This document shows, in pieces, positions 35,350 through 45,580 of a stretch of 64,000 nt of DNA (position 1 is the stretch's first letter; every line of letters begins with the position of its first letter). Below the pieces are notes generated by a model that was not told where the DNA came from, did no database searches, and saw only the letters and a list, made by a program, of their open reading frames with translations. The position numbers and the translations under genes are program-made. Where the stretch lies: positions 1,461-65,460 of the forward strand of contig JAYPVM010000008.1 of NCBI GenBank assembly GCA_038134595.1. The letters are read 5' to 3'. Source of the DNA: Pseudomonadota bacterium. GTDB taxonomy: Bacteria; Bdellovibrionota_C; UBA2361; OMII01.

Positions 35350-37002
35350 ATGATACGAAGCCTGCACCCCGAGGAAGCTCAACAGAGCTCCGCCATCGCC
35401 ATTACACGTGCCAAAGAGCAAAACGAAGCCCGTGATGATGGAGAATTTGAAGCTCTTGCCTCTGAGTTTAAGAGCTTACTTTCTAAAATATCTACACACT
35501 ATGGAGAACAACCCGACCAGACAGTGGCTCTAGGGTTTGCACTCGCCCAGTCGACTCAACAAGTCAAACAGACTGTAGAAGCACGGGTCAATTCAGAGCA
35601 AAGCGAAGAAAGATTCAGAGAAGAAAGCCCTGATTCCGAGGATTCGTTTGATGTTATGAGTGATCAAGGGTCTGTCAACGACCAGTCGCATGATCAGGTC
35701 TCAGAGCGCGAATCAAAATCAGCTCAAAAAACCGAACAAACCGAGCGTGCTAACGCTACCCGAGAGGTTGTCAATCAAGAGGCTTCTGAGTTGTTAGGAC
35801 AAGAGGTTTCGGCTGAGGGAGTGGATGTCAATGTGGAGGCCAGCGCGGGTGAAGAGGTATCAGCGGCAGTGGAAAATCACGTCACGTCTGAGCGCTTGTT
35901 AGATTCTGAAGGTGCCGCAGATATTGCGGTTAAGGTCCGCGCAGTTCTTGACAAGAGGGAGTCTCAGGATGGAGAGGAAGAGGTTGAAGAGGACGTTTTG
36001 CTTGGAGAAGGATTTGAGGAGCTGGCTGACGAGGAGAGTGGACTACAAAACCACCTAAAAACCGCTAAAATCAGGGTCTCAAACGATTCTCACACAACTA
36101 AAAATGAACATTCGACCCACTCTGCGAAGGATTCGACCGAGCAGGGAGGAGTTCATCACGATACTCGTGGTGCTATGGATGGGGCAGGGTCTGAAGGCGA
36201 GATTGAAAACATGACTCAATCAGACGGAGCAGGTAGTAAAAAGGCTGTACGCATCGGAGATGAGGCACTGCGTAAACAGTTTGCCGAGGTCCCAGCAGCT
36301 TCGCAGGTTGTGCAGGAGCGAGTGCGGCCTGCAACGCAAGCAAGTAGTGTAACGTCGATTACCACAGCGCTTTTAAGACAGGCTTTTGAGCAGGTGCAGG
36401 CCATGGCAAATATGGCTCCCAAGATGCAGAAGAGCGCTGATTCGAGCGCCTCGGTTATGCAATCGCCAATGGCGTCTTCGTATACGCCTACTGAAAAAGG
36501 TGAGGAAACTTCAAAAACCTCTCGACCTAATCAGCGCTCGAATATGGCGCGGATGCTTCAAAGGGTCAGTGAGACGCTTAAAGAAGCTGCACGCTCCAGA
36601 GATGGCAAGTCAATTACGTTAAAGCTTGACCCGGTAGACTTAGGTAAGGTTCGAGTTGACGTTAGTCTTCGTGAGGGCCGACTGCATGCTAAAATAACGC
36701 CAGATAATCAGGAGGTTATGCAATCGTTACGAGAAAATGCCCATGATTTGCAAGCATCGCTTCGCAAACTTGGTTTGGCTGTAGATTCGGTTAGCGTGTC
36801 GATTGGCTTTGAGCGTTTTGAGGAGGAGGGAAACTCCCAAAACTTGCATAGCGGCAGTACTTTCCAAGATGAGGGGCATAACCTGCCGTTTGAGGAGGGC
36901 CAAGTACCTGAAAATATGTTTGGCAATGATATTGCAAGTAACACAGCAGCTGGGAGCAGTGAAGCTAGCTCGACTCCAGAATTAGACCACTGGATAGCGT
37001 AA
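35350..37002 (+). CDS. fliK: Flagellar hook-length control protein FliK
   Basis: Acidic low-complexity body plus a C-terminal Flg_hook-type domain (ITLKLDPVDLGKVRVDVSLREGRLHAKITPDNQEVMQSLRENAHDLQASLRKLGL). Sits directly upstream of flgD-flgE. Confidence 0.75.
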   Translation: MIRSLHPEEAQQSSAIAITRAKEQNEARDDGEFEALASEFKSLLSKISTHYGEQPDQTVALGFALAQSTQQVKQTVEARVNSEQSEERFREESPDSEDSFDVMSDQGSVNDQSHDQVSERESKSAQKTEQTERANATREVVNQEASELLGQEVSAEGVDVNVEASAGEEVSAAVENHVTSERLLDSEGAADIAVKVRAVLDKRESQDGEEEVEEDVLLGEGFEELADEESGLQNHLKTAKIRVSNDSHTTKNEHSTHSAKDSTEQGGVHHDTRGAMDGAGSEGEIENMTQSDGAGSKKAVRIGDEALRKQFAEVPAASQVVQERVRPATQASSVTSITTALLRQAFEQVQAMANMAPKMQKSADSSASVMQSPMASSYTPTEKGEETSKTSRPNQRSNMARMLQRVSETLKEAARSRDGKSITLKLDPVDLGKVRVDVSLREGRLHAKITPDNQEVMQSLRENAHDLQASLRKLGLAVDSVSVSIGFERFEEEGNSQNLHSGSTFQDEGHNLPFEEGQVPENMFGNDIASNTAAGSSEASSTPELDHWIA

Positions 37003-37017
37003 GGAATTGAGATTGTT

Positions 37018-37689
37018 ATGGCTAATGATACGATAAACAGCATTGCGGGAGGTGCTTCGACTCAGGGGATTTCCCTGACCTCCACGAGCAAGAATGAAGA
37101 GATCGGGAAGAATGAGTTTTTAACGCTCCTGGTGACGCAGTTAAAGAATCAAGACCCTGAAGCGCCCATGGATAGCAAAGAGTTTGCGGTTCAGTTGGCG
37201 CAGTTTACGCAGGTTGAGAAACTCATATCTATCGACGAGCAAATGAAGGCTCAAAATGAAGCGAGTTCGATGGCTTCGATGGCAGGATATCTCGGGCATC
37301 ACGTTGTACTCAACTCGCAAGATGTCCTCGTACGCGATGGTACCGGTAGCTCAATGCAGGTGGATTTGGCGCAGGATGCAGGTTCACTTAAGGTTCAATT
37401 GCTCAATAGTCAGGGTACTGTCATCGGTGAAAAAGAGTTTACCGATCTCGGCTCTGGTAAGCACACGCTTTCTCTAGATGGACTAACTGTTCCTGATGGT
37501 GCGTATGCTACACAGGTAGTTGCAAGTAGTCCGTTTGGAGGTCAGACGTTTTCGCCTCCAGCTTCGACGGTAGGGTTGGTTTCTGGTTTTATTCCCGGTC
37601 TAAATCCAATGTTGATTGTTGATGGTAAGGAAGTGAGCCTAACAGATGTTCGTGAGGTAACAACGATTTCCTCGGATGGTAACGCATAA
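37018..37689 (+). CDS. flgD: Flagellar hook capping/assembly protein FlgD
   Basis: FLTLLVTQLKNQDPEAPMDSKEFAVQLAQFTQVE. Confidence 0.9.
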   Translation: MANDTINSIAGGASTQGISLTSTSKNEEIGKNEFLTLLVTQLKNQDPEAPMDSKEFAVQLAQFTQVEKLISIDEQMKAQNEASSMASMAGYLGHHVVLNSQDVLVRDGTGSSMQVDLAQDAGSLKVQLLNSQGTVIGEKEFTDLGSGKHTLSLDGLTVPDGAYATQVVASSPFGGQTFSPPASTVGLVSGFIPGLNPMLIVDGKEVSLTDVREVTTISSDGNA

Positions 37690-37798
37690 ATTTTGTAGTA
37701 TCCAGTTAGAGTGGTAGGTTGTTTGCGAGTTGCATGCGCACTACCTACAAAGGTTTTTTGGTTGTAAGAACGCCTAAATTTTTTAATGGAAGGTTCCC

Positions 37799-39085
37799 GT
37801 GCCAAGTATCATTAATGGATTATTCGCTGGTCGTGCAGGTATCTCAAGTCATGGTAACGCTATCTCTGTAGCTGGTGATAACATCTCTAATGCAAGTACG
37901 CCTGGCTTTAAGACTACTCGGGCGGAGTTTCAGAGTTTGATAGCTGGTGATGGCGTCTTGGGTCGGCAGTTTGGTAGTGGAGCATCGGTATCAGCAGTTT
38001 CAACCCTGTTTGAGCAGGGGACGCTGGAGTTCACTGGTCGACCACTCGACCTTGGAATCAGCGGTAATGGATACTTTATGCTCGCGCGAGATCAGTCTCG
38101 ATATTACTCCCGCGCCGGCAATTTTAAAATTGATTCCGCTGGTTTTATCGTTGATCAGTCAGGATTAGCAGTTCTAGGCTTTCCGGCGAATGGAAATGGC
38201 GCCCTTGAGCCAATCAACATAAACTCAATTGAGCAAGATGCCGTTGAAACCACCGAGGTCGTCATTTCAGGAAACGTAAATGCATCAGCTACTATGATAG
38301 ATGTGGCTTCTATTCCCGATCCCGGTTTGGCTGTTCCTCCGACCGTTACCTACACTGATTTGAATCAATTAGCCGAGTACTCAACGGTAGTGGACGTTTT
38401 TGACAGCTTGGGTAGTCGACACTCTCTGACTTTTTTCTTTTATCACACTGACGTAAATGAATACACAGTCCGAGGATACGTAAATAACGAGGACGTGGAT
38501 GCAGTAGATAGTTTGACCGGATATCCTCGATTTGTAGGAGAGGCTACAGTTGCCTTTGCTGGAGATGGACAACGGAGTCCTCTTCCGATCGCGGGAGACG
38601 TTGATTTTAACTCTGTTATCACCTGGAATAATGGAGCCGATGATAGTGATGTAGATTTTCTCTTCTCGCCACTGACACAGTTTTCCGCACAGTCAAATAT
38701 CCTATCTGTCTCGCAGGATGGAGTGGGTGTCGGCGCTGTTGAGACGATTTCAGTAGGCACAGATGGAACAATCACCGCACTCTTGACTAATGGACAAAAT
38801 AGCAACCTCGGGCAACTCGCCTTGGCCACGTTTGCAAATCAGGAGGGGCTAGCGCGCCTTAGTGGTAATCTACTGGCAGAATCAACCTCGTCAGGTGTAG
38901 CTGTTATCGGTAAAGCTGAGTCCGGATCGTTTGGAAGTATTCAATCTGGAACACTTGAGTTGTCTACCGTAGATATTGCGTCAGAATTCGTTAAAATTAT
39001 TACTCTTCAACGTGGATTCCAGGCGAGTTCAAGGATTATTACCACCATTAACCAACTTCTAAATGAAATTATTCAGTTGGCGTAA
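37799..39085 (+). CDS. flgE: Flagellar hook protein FlgE
   Basis: N-terminal GISSHGNAISVAGDNISNASTPGFK and C-terminal LELSTVDIASEFVKIITLQRGFQASSRIITT. GTG start. Confidence 0.9.
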   Translation: MPSIINGLFAGRAGISSHGNAISVAGDNISNASTPGFKTTRAEFQSLIAGDGVLGRQFGSGASVSAVSTLFEQGTLEFTGRPLDLGISGNGYFMLARDQSRYYSRAGNFKIDSAGFIVDQSGLAVLGFPANGNGALEPININSIEQDAVETTEVVISGNVNASATMIDVASIPDPGLAVPPTVTYTDLNQLAEYSTVVDVFDSLGSRHSLTFFFYHTDVNEYTVRGYVNNEDVDAVDSLTGYPRFVGEATVAFAGDGQRSPLPIAGDVDFNSVITWNNGADDSDVDFLFSPLTQFSAQSNILSVSQDGVGVGAVETISVGTDGTITALLTNGQNSNLGQLALATFANQEGLARLSGNLLAESTSSGVAVIGKAESGSFGSIQSGTLELSTVDIASEFVKIITLQRGFQASSRIITTINQLLNEIIQLA

Positions 39086-39112
39086 CGGGTCACAACGCTA
39101 TACCATCGAGGT

Positions 39113-40060
39113 ATGAAGTTTTCTAACTCGGAACTAATCAGTGGGATTGAGGCGCGTGATTTTCGGGCGATTGCCCGGATGATTACCCGACTCGAAGATG
39201 GTTCTGACTCTGCACGGCGTTTGGCGGCATCGATGCATCGCACCTCTCCGGGAAGAGCTCATGTAGTAGGTATCACAGGTTCTCCTGGTGCGGGTAAATC
39301 AACGCTGGTCGATCTACTTGCTGAATCCTATCGAGCGCAGGGGAAACAGGTGGCGGTGCTCGCTGTTGACCCGTCGAGTCCCTTTAGTGGAGGCGCTATC
39401 CTAGGGGATCGGATACGGATGAATCGTGCGGCCAATGATCCGAATATATTTATCCGAAGCATGGCAACACGGGGCTCTCTAGGCGGGCTTGCTAAGGCTA
39501 CATTCGAGTCGATACACGTCCTAGATTGTGCCGGATTTGATGTAATTCTGATTGAAACTGTGGGAGTTGGACAAGCAGAAGTTGATATCGTTCGTTCTGC
39601 CGATACGTGTGTGGTCGTTCTTGTCCCTGGCATGGGAGACAGCGTTCAGATTATTAAGGCAGGATTGATGGAGATTGCCGATGTGTTTGTTATAAACAAG
39701 GCCGATCGAGATGGTGCTCTCACCCTCGAAAAAGATTTGTTTACGCTTTTATCACTTGTGGACCACGAAGCAGGGCAGTGGAATCCCAGCGTTGTAAAGA
39801 CCGTAGCAACTCAGGGAACAGGTGTTGTTGAGGTAGTAGAATCGGCATCTTTGCACGCGACATGGCTAGAGGAGTCCGTTAGTGGACATGCGCGACGGGT
39901 GAAAGTATTAACGCATGTATTACGTGAACTAGCGGCTGAACGGATCGCTACACGAGCACTGGAGGGCAAGGAGCAAGTTATAGAAACACTTGCTCGCGCG
40001 GTATTTGATAGAAAGAAAAATGCCCTTCAAGCAGTAGAGGAGCTTGTAAAGCAACTTTGA
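39113..40060 (+). CDS. meaB: MeaB/ArgK-type G3E GTPase (methylmalonyl-CoA mutase-associated)
   Basis: GITGSPGAGKST, LIETVGVGQ, INKADR. Confidence 0.85.
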   Translation: MKFSNSELISGIEARDFRAIARMITRLEDGSDSARRLAASMHRTSPGRAHVVGITGSPGAGKSTLVDLLAESYRAQGKQVAVLAVDPSSPFSGGAILGDRIRMNRAANDPNIFIRSMATRGSLGGLAKATFESIHVLDCAGFDVILIETVGVGQAEVDIVRSADTCVVVLVPGMGDSVQIIKAGLMEIADVFVINKADRDGALTLEKDLFTLLSLVDHEAGQWNPSVVKTVATQGTGVVEVVESASLHATWLEESVSGHARRVKVLTHVLRELAAERIATRALEGKEQVIETLARAVFDRKKNALQAVEELVKQL

Positions 40061-40073
40061 TTGACAGTGTGTC

Positions 40074-41219
40074 TCATCGAGCGAGCTCTTTACTGACGAT
40101 ATTTGCCATTATCTCACTTGTGCCGCCTCCAATTGGCATGAGTCGCAAGTCGCGCCACCAGCGTTCTGGCAGAAACTCAGTGGTGTAGCCGTAGCCACCA
40201 TGAATTTGGATAGCTCTGTCAGCTATCCATACGGCATCATCACACACCATACGCTTTGCCATGGCGACAAATGTTCTACAGTCTTTACCATCCGAGAGAA
40301 GATCGAGGGCGTAATGTGCAAGTGACTCTCCAAGTGCAATTTTACGCTTCATTTCCGCTATATAGTGCGCAATTGAATCAAATTGGTTGATCTTTTTGCC
40401 GAACGCTTCCCGTTGCTCTCCGTAGACAAGGGAGCTTTCTAGGCACATCTTAGCCCCTGCAAGTGACGTCAGTGTCAACATAAGCCGCTCCCAATTTAAA
40501 TTAGTAGCAGCTTGATTCCAGCCGTCGCCTACCTTGCCGAGCACGGCACTATCATCTACTTCAACATCTTCAAAAACAAGTTCTGCTGTATCTGAGGCAT
40601 GCCATCCGAGCTTGTCGAGTTTGCGAGATACTGAAAACCCCGGAGTATTTGCGTCAACGACAAAGGTAGTAAAGCCACCATACCCTGCGCTTGAATCTGT
40701 TTTGGTAAGCACGAGGATAAAATCCGCCCGTGCTCCGTTGGTGATAAATGTTTTTGATCCGTTGATCTTCCATTTCGTACCATGCTTCGTTGCAACTGTT
40801 CTAATACGAGCGAGATCGCTTCCAGCACCTGGTTCTGTAAAGGCATAGGCTCCGATGGCTTTTCCTTGAACTGCTTTCGGTAGCCAGTAGTCTTTTGCGT
40901 CGGTGGTGCCGAATTTCTCCAAGGCATGACTGATAACTAAAGAGTGCATATTAACAGCAACAGTGAAGCCGACTGAGGGTATCTCTCCGAAGGCCTCGCA
41001 CCAAGCACCAGCTAATTTGTAATCGCCACCCACGCCACCATACTGCTCTGATAGCAGGATTCCCAAAAAGCCTTGGCTCCCAAGCCCCTCGATTGCGCTG
41101 TCTGGGAAATTTCCCGCACGTTCCCATTCCGATATATGAGGCATAATTTCTTTTGCCGTATATTTACGAACCGAGTCGATGAAAGACTCATCCTCTGCGT
41201 AGTATGTGGGGCTGGTCAT
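40074..41219 (-). CDS. Acyl-CoA dehydrogenase
   Basis: AYAFTEPGAGSD, ITNG, and C-terminal QIHGGYGYTTEFPLERWWRDLRL-type motifs. Length is 381 aa. Confidence 0.9.
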   Translation of the reverse strand: MTSPTYYAEDESFIDSVRKYTAKEIMPHISEWERAGNFPDSAIEGLGSQGFLGILLSEQYGGVGGDYKLAGAWCEAFGEIPSVGFTVAVNMHSLVISHALEKFGTTDAKDYWLPKAVQGKAIGAYAFTEPGAGSDLARIRTVATKHGTKWKINGSKTFITNGARADFILVLTKTDSSAGYGGFTTFVVDANTPGFSVSRKLDKLGWHASDTAELVFEDVEVDDSAVLGKVGDGWNQAATNLNWERLMLTLTSLAGAKMCLESSLVYGEQREAFGKKINQFDSIAHYIAEMKRKIALGESLAHYALDLLSDGKDCRTFVAMAKRMVCDDAVWIADRAIQIHGGYGYTTEFLPERWWRDLRLMPIGGGTSEIMANIVSKELAR

Positions 41220-43403
41220 CTAAAGCCTCTCAGCTATAATTTCCGCTATATCACGAACGTCTAGTTTCTCTTCGTTATTAGTTAGTTTAACTCCATCTTC
41301 CATCATATGCATGCAAAATGGGCATGCCGTGGCTACGGTTGAAGCGCCGGTCTCGGCGGCCTCTTGGGCTCTGATTGAGTTAACTCGTTCTCCTATCTTA
41401 AGATCCATCCAAAAATGACCGCCGCCAGCGCCACAGCATAAGCCCTTTTCTTTATTACGATCCATCTCGAGTATACGAAGACCCTTTATCGCCCGGAGTC
41501 CAGAGCGGGGAGCATCGTATTCGTCGTTGTATCGACCGAGGTAGCACGGGTCGTGAAATGTGACATCCTGAAATCCACCATCCTTTGGTGAGATTTTTTC
41601 CTCATCAAGGAGCCGTTTTAAGAGTACGGAGTGGTGAATAATCTCAGGTTCGCGACCTTCCCCGAGGTTGCCGAACTGAGGGTATTCGTTTTTGATCGTG
41701 TTAAAACAGTGTGGGCAATTTGCCACGAGTGTCTTGAACGAGACCGATTTTAAGAGTTCTATGTTTTGTTTTGCTAATGTTTGAAAGAGGTTTTCTTCGC
41801 CCAACCGACGAGCAGGATCTCCTGAACAACCTTCTACTGAACCAAGTACACCAAACTTCAATCCTGCTTTTTGCATTATAGAGACGAGTGCCTTGGCGAT
41901 CTTTTGTTTCCGAGGATCGAATGCAGAGACGCAACCCACCCAATATAGGTAGTCAACCGAATCGCCGGCTTCTAGCATTGGAACATCCAGGCCCTCTAAC
42001 CAACGCACCCGTTCCTCGGGAGGAGCGTATGGGTTGCCACGGCTCTCAAGTGAACGGAGCGTGGCCTGTGCCTCGTGGGGAATTTGTCCTTCCATCATCG
42101 TTAGGTGACGCCGAGCTCCAACGATCTGATCAACATGGTTAATTCCTACTGGACACGCCTGAACACACGCCATACAGGTATTACACGTCCAGAAAACGTT
42201 TGGATCCATTACATCGCCAGCAATCGTCGCCTCGGAGCTTTTACCGAGTGTTCGAACGGAATCCTGCACCAATTTGTTTTGGGCGCGGTGAGGGTCGTCT
42301 GCCTTATAGCCGGCATCTTCTTTTCGCAGGCCGTTAAAGGGTAACATTATTTCTTGAGAGAGGAGGGCGTCTATTTTTTGTGCTGGAGTTTGGGGTGCAT
42401 ACTCCGCCTGCTTGTTAACGTGTAGGGCATGCATGTGATTTCGTGTGTCTAGGATCATCCACTTCGGAGAGAGTGGTTTCCCCGAGATGTAAGCTGGACA
42501 TACTTCTTGGCATCTCCCACATTGCGTGCAGGCATCAAGGTCGAGCAGTTGTTTCCACGAATAGTCTTTGATCGTGCCAAGTCCCAGTGAGAACTCCTCT
42601 CCTGATTCCATAAGTTGTTCAATATCGCCTATGAAGGGCAGGGCGCCTTTCGGACGGGCCGTCCGGGAGAAAAATAGGTTTAACGGGCTAGCCAGTATGT
42701 GAAAGAATTTTGTATAGGGAAAGAGTGCCACAAAAGCGTATACGGTTAAGGTGTGGAACCACCACGTGTAAAAATGTAGAGTTTTTGTAGTCTGCTCACT
42801 TAGAAACCATGAGCCTTGTGCCACAAGCCAGCCAACGGGAGAATAGAGTGCCCATGGATCGTCGGTTGCGTGTATTCGAAATCCCTCGAGTAAATATCCT
42901 TGTACGACAAGGAGCCCGAGCATGATGAGAATGAAATCCTCATTGCGTGATAAGTGTGCCGCATCTGCCTGTAGGACGTGTCTTCGGTAGCCGAAAAACA
43001 GGATGCCACCAAGAAGTAAAACACCAAAGATGTCGCTAAAAACAGTCACCCAGAGGTAAAATTGTCCCTGATAAATCTTAATTCCCAGGTCGTGATGAAT
43101 GAAGACCATTGTCGTGGTAAACAGTAAAACGAGAAATCCTAGATACACCAATATGTGTGCTGCCGCGGATCCACTCTTGCCTCGAGCTACTTTCTTTTGG
43201 AAGAGTCCGCATTGAATAAGATCATCGAGGCGCATGAGCCAGTGACCGAGATATTCATCGGCGTTCGCACCGCTTTTCCACAATTTACACCGCTGTAGGA
43301 CACCGTTAAAACCAATCGCTATGCTAACGAATAAGAGACCATAAAGTCCTATAACGTTAGGAAGCGTGTTGAGATTCCACATTATTTCTCGAGTTGCATT
43401 CAT
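41220..43403 (-). CDS. Membrane-anchored HdrD/FadF-like iron-sulfur oxidoreductase: N-terminal multi-TM domain, 2x[4Fe-4S] ferredoxin domain and two CCG domains
   Basis: TM-rich N-terminus. CTQCGRCQEVCP and CNTCMACVQACP. CCG-type CPHCF..DPCYLGR and CCGAGGG..CPFCMHM. Its stop directly abuts the ACAD start codon. Confidence 0.8.
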   Translation of the reverse strand: MNATREIMWNLNTLPNVIGLYGLLFVSIAIGFNGVLQRCKLWKSGANADEYLGHWLMRLDDLIQCGLFQKKVARGKSGSAAAHILVYLGFLVLLFTTTMVFIHHDLGIKIYQGQFYLWVTVFSDIFGVLLLGGILFFGYRRHVLQADAAHLSRNEDFILIMLGLLVVQGYLLEGFRIHATDDPWALYSPVGWLVAQGSWFLSEQTTKTLHFYTWWFHTLTVYAFVALFPYTKFFHILASPLNLFFSRTARPKGALPFIGDIEQLMESGEEFSLGLGTIKDYSWKQLLDLDACTQCGRCQEVCPAYISGKPLSPKWMILDTRNHMHALHVNKQAEYAPQTPAQKIDALLSQEIMLPFNGLRKEDAGYKADDPHRAQNKLVQDSVRTLGKSSEATIAGDVMDPNVFWTCNTCMACVQACPVGINHVDQIVGARRHLTMMEGQIPHEAQATLRSLESRGNPYAPPEERVRWLEGLDVPMLEAGDSVDYLYWVGCVSAFDPRKQKIAKALVSIMQKAGLKFGVLGSVEGCSGDPARRLGEENLFQTLAKQNIELLKSVSFKTLVANCPHCFNTIKNEYPQFGNLGEGREPEIIHHSVLLKRLLDEEKISPKDGGFQDVTFHDPCYLGRYNDEYDAPRSGLRAIKGLRILEMDRNKEKGLCCGAGGGHFWMDLKIGERVNSIRAQEAAETGASTVATACPFCMHMMEDGVKLTNNEEKLDVRDIAEIIAERL

Positions 43404-43910
43404 ACTTTTAAGAATATCGGGTAGGCGGTGTCTTCACTAGTGTAATTTATCAAGGAAAAACAGTAGTTTATTTCCCTTTTTAGTCCGGCGTTTGATCCAA
43501 GTGTTTGTTACCTAAGTACGATGCGTAGGTCGTCATAATTGTTTACATTTTTTCTGGTTTGACGAGTATGTCCCAAATTCTAGTGTCCGATTAGTTTTGT
43601 CTTAGAACTTAAAGGAGCTGGCTGGCTATATGCCTAATTTTAAATGATTTTTGAAAGATTGATTGACATCGTTGTCGTCTCGACTGCACACTGGTAGATA
43701 TGACTACTCTTTGTGATGGGTCGCATTGTAAGGTGGTGTTATCTAACTGTTGCCACCCTGACCCTCTCCTTATCGAAAAAGCTCTTGGACAACGACGGAA
43801 ACCTTTATCAGTCGTCTGGAATGATTCGCTTCTGCATCTTGGAAGCATCATACTATTGTGCCTAGCTTTCGTATCAACAAGTATGAGTGCCTTTTTGTTA
43901 GTACTAATTC

Positions 43911-45284
43911 ATGGAACCTGACCCTGCGACGTCTTTAATCCCGTTTCTTGTAAGTGTTGTTTTTGTTGCCGCATCACTTATTTTTTATGTCTTTTTTATC
44001 TCTTCGTCGATAGCACTTGCACGATGTCGTGGGAGTGTGTTGAGAGAGCTCAGAGAAGAAGAGTGGTGGGGGAGCAAGTCAGCTGAATTCGTCTTAGCGC
44101 AGGCGGATACGTTTTTATTGTGTGTTCAATTCGGACGAGTACTTGCTTCGCTAGGAGTGGGTATCTTACTTGCCGTGTGTAGCTATTACGGAGCACGTGC
44201 GGTAGCGGATGCTTCAGTACATCTTTCTTTTGCTGTCTGGATGGGTCTAGTGATTACTTTTTACGCGGGGTGTGCACTCTTTCTGCTCGTGTTGGTTCAG
44301 ATTGTTAAAAACATCACCCTCCAATATCCTGAGAAAGTGTTGTGCACGACTGCTGGGCCATTAAAGCTCTACGGAAAGCTTTTTGCTCCGATACTCATCT
44401 ATCCTCATCGGTGTGTGCTTCGAATTTTAGAGCGCTGGGGAGTGCGGTTGACCAACGAACGAGAGCTGACGATATCGGCTGCAGAGCTGGGTAAAATTGC
44501 AAAGAGTAGCTCTGAAGCAGGAACACTCGAAAGCGAAGAGAGTCATATTTTAGAGGGTGTTGCGGAGCTATCTGAGCGGACAGCTCGTGATGTTATGACT
44601 ACCAGAAGCAACATCATATGGGTTCGAGAGTCAGCTAGTTCTGCGGAGGTTGTGGCGGTGGCTAATAAGGAGTCGGTGTCTCGTCTCTTGGTTTGTGGCA
44701 GTGAGCTCGATGATGTGCGAGGTATGTTGCTGATCAAGGATTTACTCAACTTTGCAGGGCAACCATTTCAACCCGGTTCATGGCGACGGTTCATACGTCC
44801 TGTATACAGAATACCAGATACAAAGATCGTTAAGGATCTCCTAGTAGAGCTTCGACAGAAAAGAGTACACTTTTCTGTTGTCCTCAATGAGCACGGAGAG
44901 GTTGTAGGACTGGTTACGCTTGAGGATCTTGTAGAGGAGATCGTAGGAGAGATTTTTGACGAGTTTGATAATCCGAGTCTGGAAAATCCTCCTGTCGCTG
45001 TTGAGAACGGAGTTCTTTATCTTGATGCGGCCGTAACAATAGAGGTCCTGGAGGAGGAGTATGGACTGTCTTTTCCGGATGGAAACTTTCATTCAGCGGG
45101 AGGTTTTGTGCATGAGAGCCTCGGACGCATCCCTGTCTTAGGAGATTCGTTTAGTGCTTCTGATATGACCTTTGTCGTACTTGAGGTGCATCGCCACCGG
45201 ATCGTTCGTCTCTCTATCGCTCCTCGTGCATCTCGGGAAGATATCGAGGAAACCAAGGCAGTTGGCGGATATATGAAGAGCTAA
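43911..45284 (+). CDS. CNNM/DUF21-CBS-CorC_HlyC family transporter-associated (hemolysin C/CorC-like) protein
   Basis: N-terminal 4-TM DUF21-like region, a CBS pair (ARDVMTTR..., VVLNEHGEVVGLVTLEDLVEEIVGEI) and a C-terminal CorC_HlyC-like beta domain. Confidence 0.85.
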   Translation: MEPDPATSLIPFLVSVVFVAASLIFYVFFISSSIALARCRGSVLRELREEEWWGSKSAEFVLAQADTFLLCVQFGRVLASLGVGILLAVCSYYGARAVADASVHLSFAVWMGLVITFYAGCALFLLVLVQIVKNITLQYPEKVLCTTAGPLKLYGKLFAPILIYPHRCVLRILERWGVRLTNERELTISAAELGKIAKSSSEAGTLESEESHILEGVAELSERTARDVMTTRSNIIWVRESASSAEVVAVANKESVSRLLVCGSELDDVRGMLLIKDLLNFAGQPFQPGSWRRFIRPVYRIPDTKIVKDLLVELRQKRVHFSVVLNEHGEVVGLVTLEDLVEEIVGEIFDEFDNPSLENPPVAVENGVLYLDAAVTIEVLEEEYGLSFPDGNFHSAGGFVHESLGRIPVLGDSFSASDMTFVVLEVHRHRIVRLSIAPRASREDIEETKAVGGYMKS

Positions 45285-45580
45285 GTGACTGTAAGATTTC
45301 GTAGGTTTTCGTCCCATAAAGTCTGTCGGTTGAATCGGTTGGCAGATTCTTCGCATCATAAGTCTTATAGAGCCCCCCAAACTGTCGACACCAGTTTGTA
45401 GGTGAGGTCTCAATCAACGAGCGTTTCATAAATATTGGTATTTGCAAGTCGGCTAAAAGCGACTGGATTTGTTTCGGGAGTAGTCGCCCCAAAGGGTTTG
45501 AGGATAGAGAGCCCTGTAGCATGATCAGCTTTTGCTCTATGAGGAAGCGTCCAAGGACAAGATACGAGAGGAGATTCCAT

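Noticed and set aside
43404-43910. Long (~0.5 kb) divergent spacer upstream of the CorC/CNNM-type gene; I looked for M-box or yybP-ykoY-type metal riboswitch cores, and also upstream of mgtE
   Set aside because: I could recognise no conserved riboswitch core by eye. mgtE has only a 6-nt spacer from the preceding gene. An Infernal scan is needed before making any claim.
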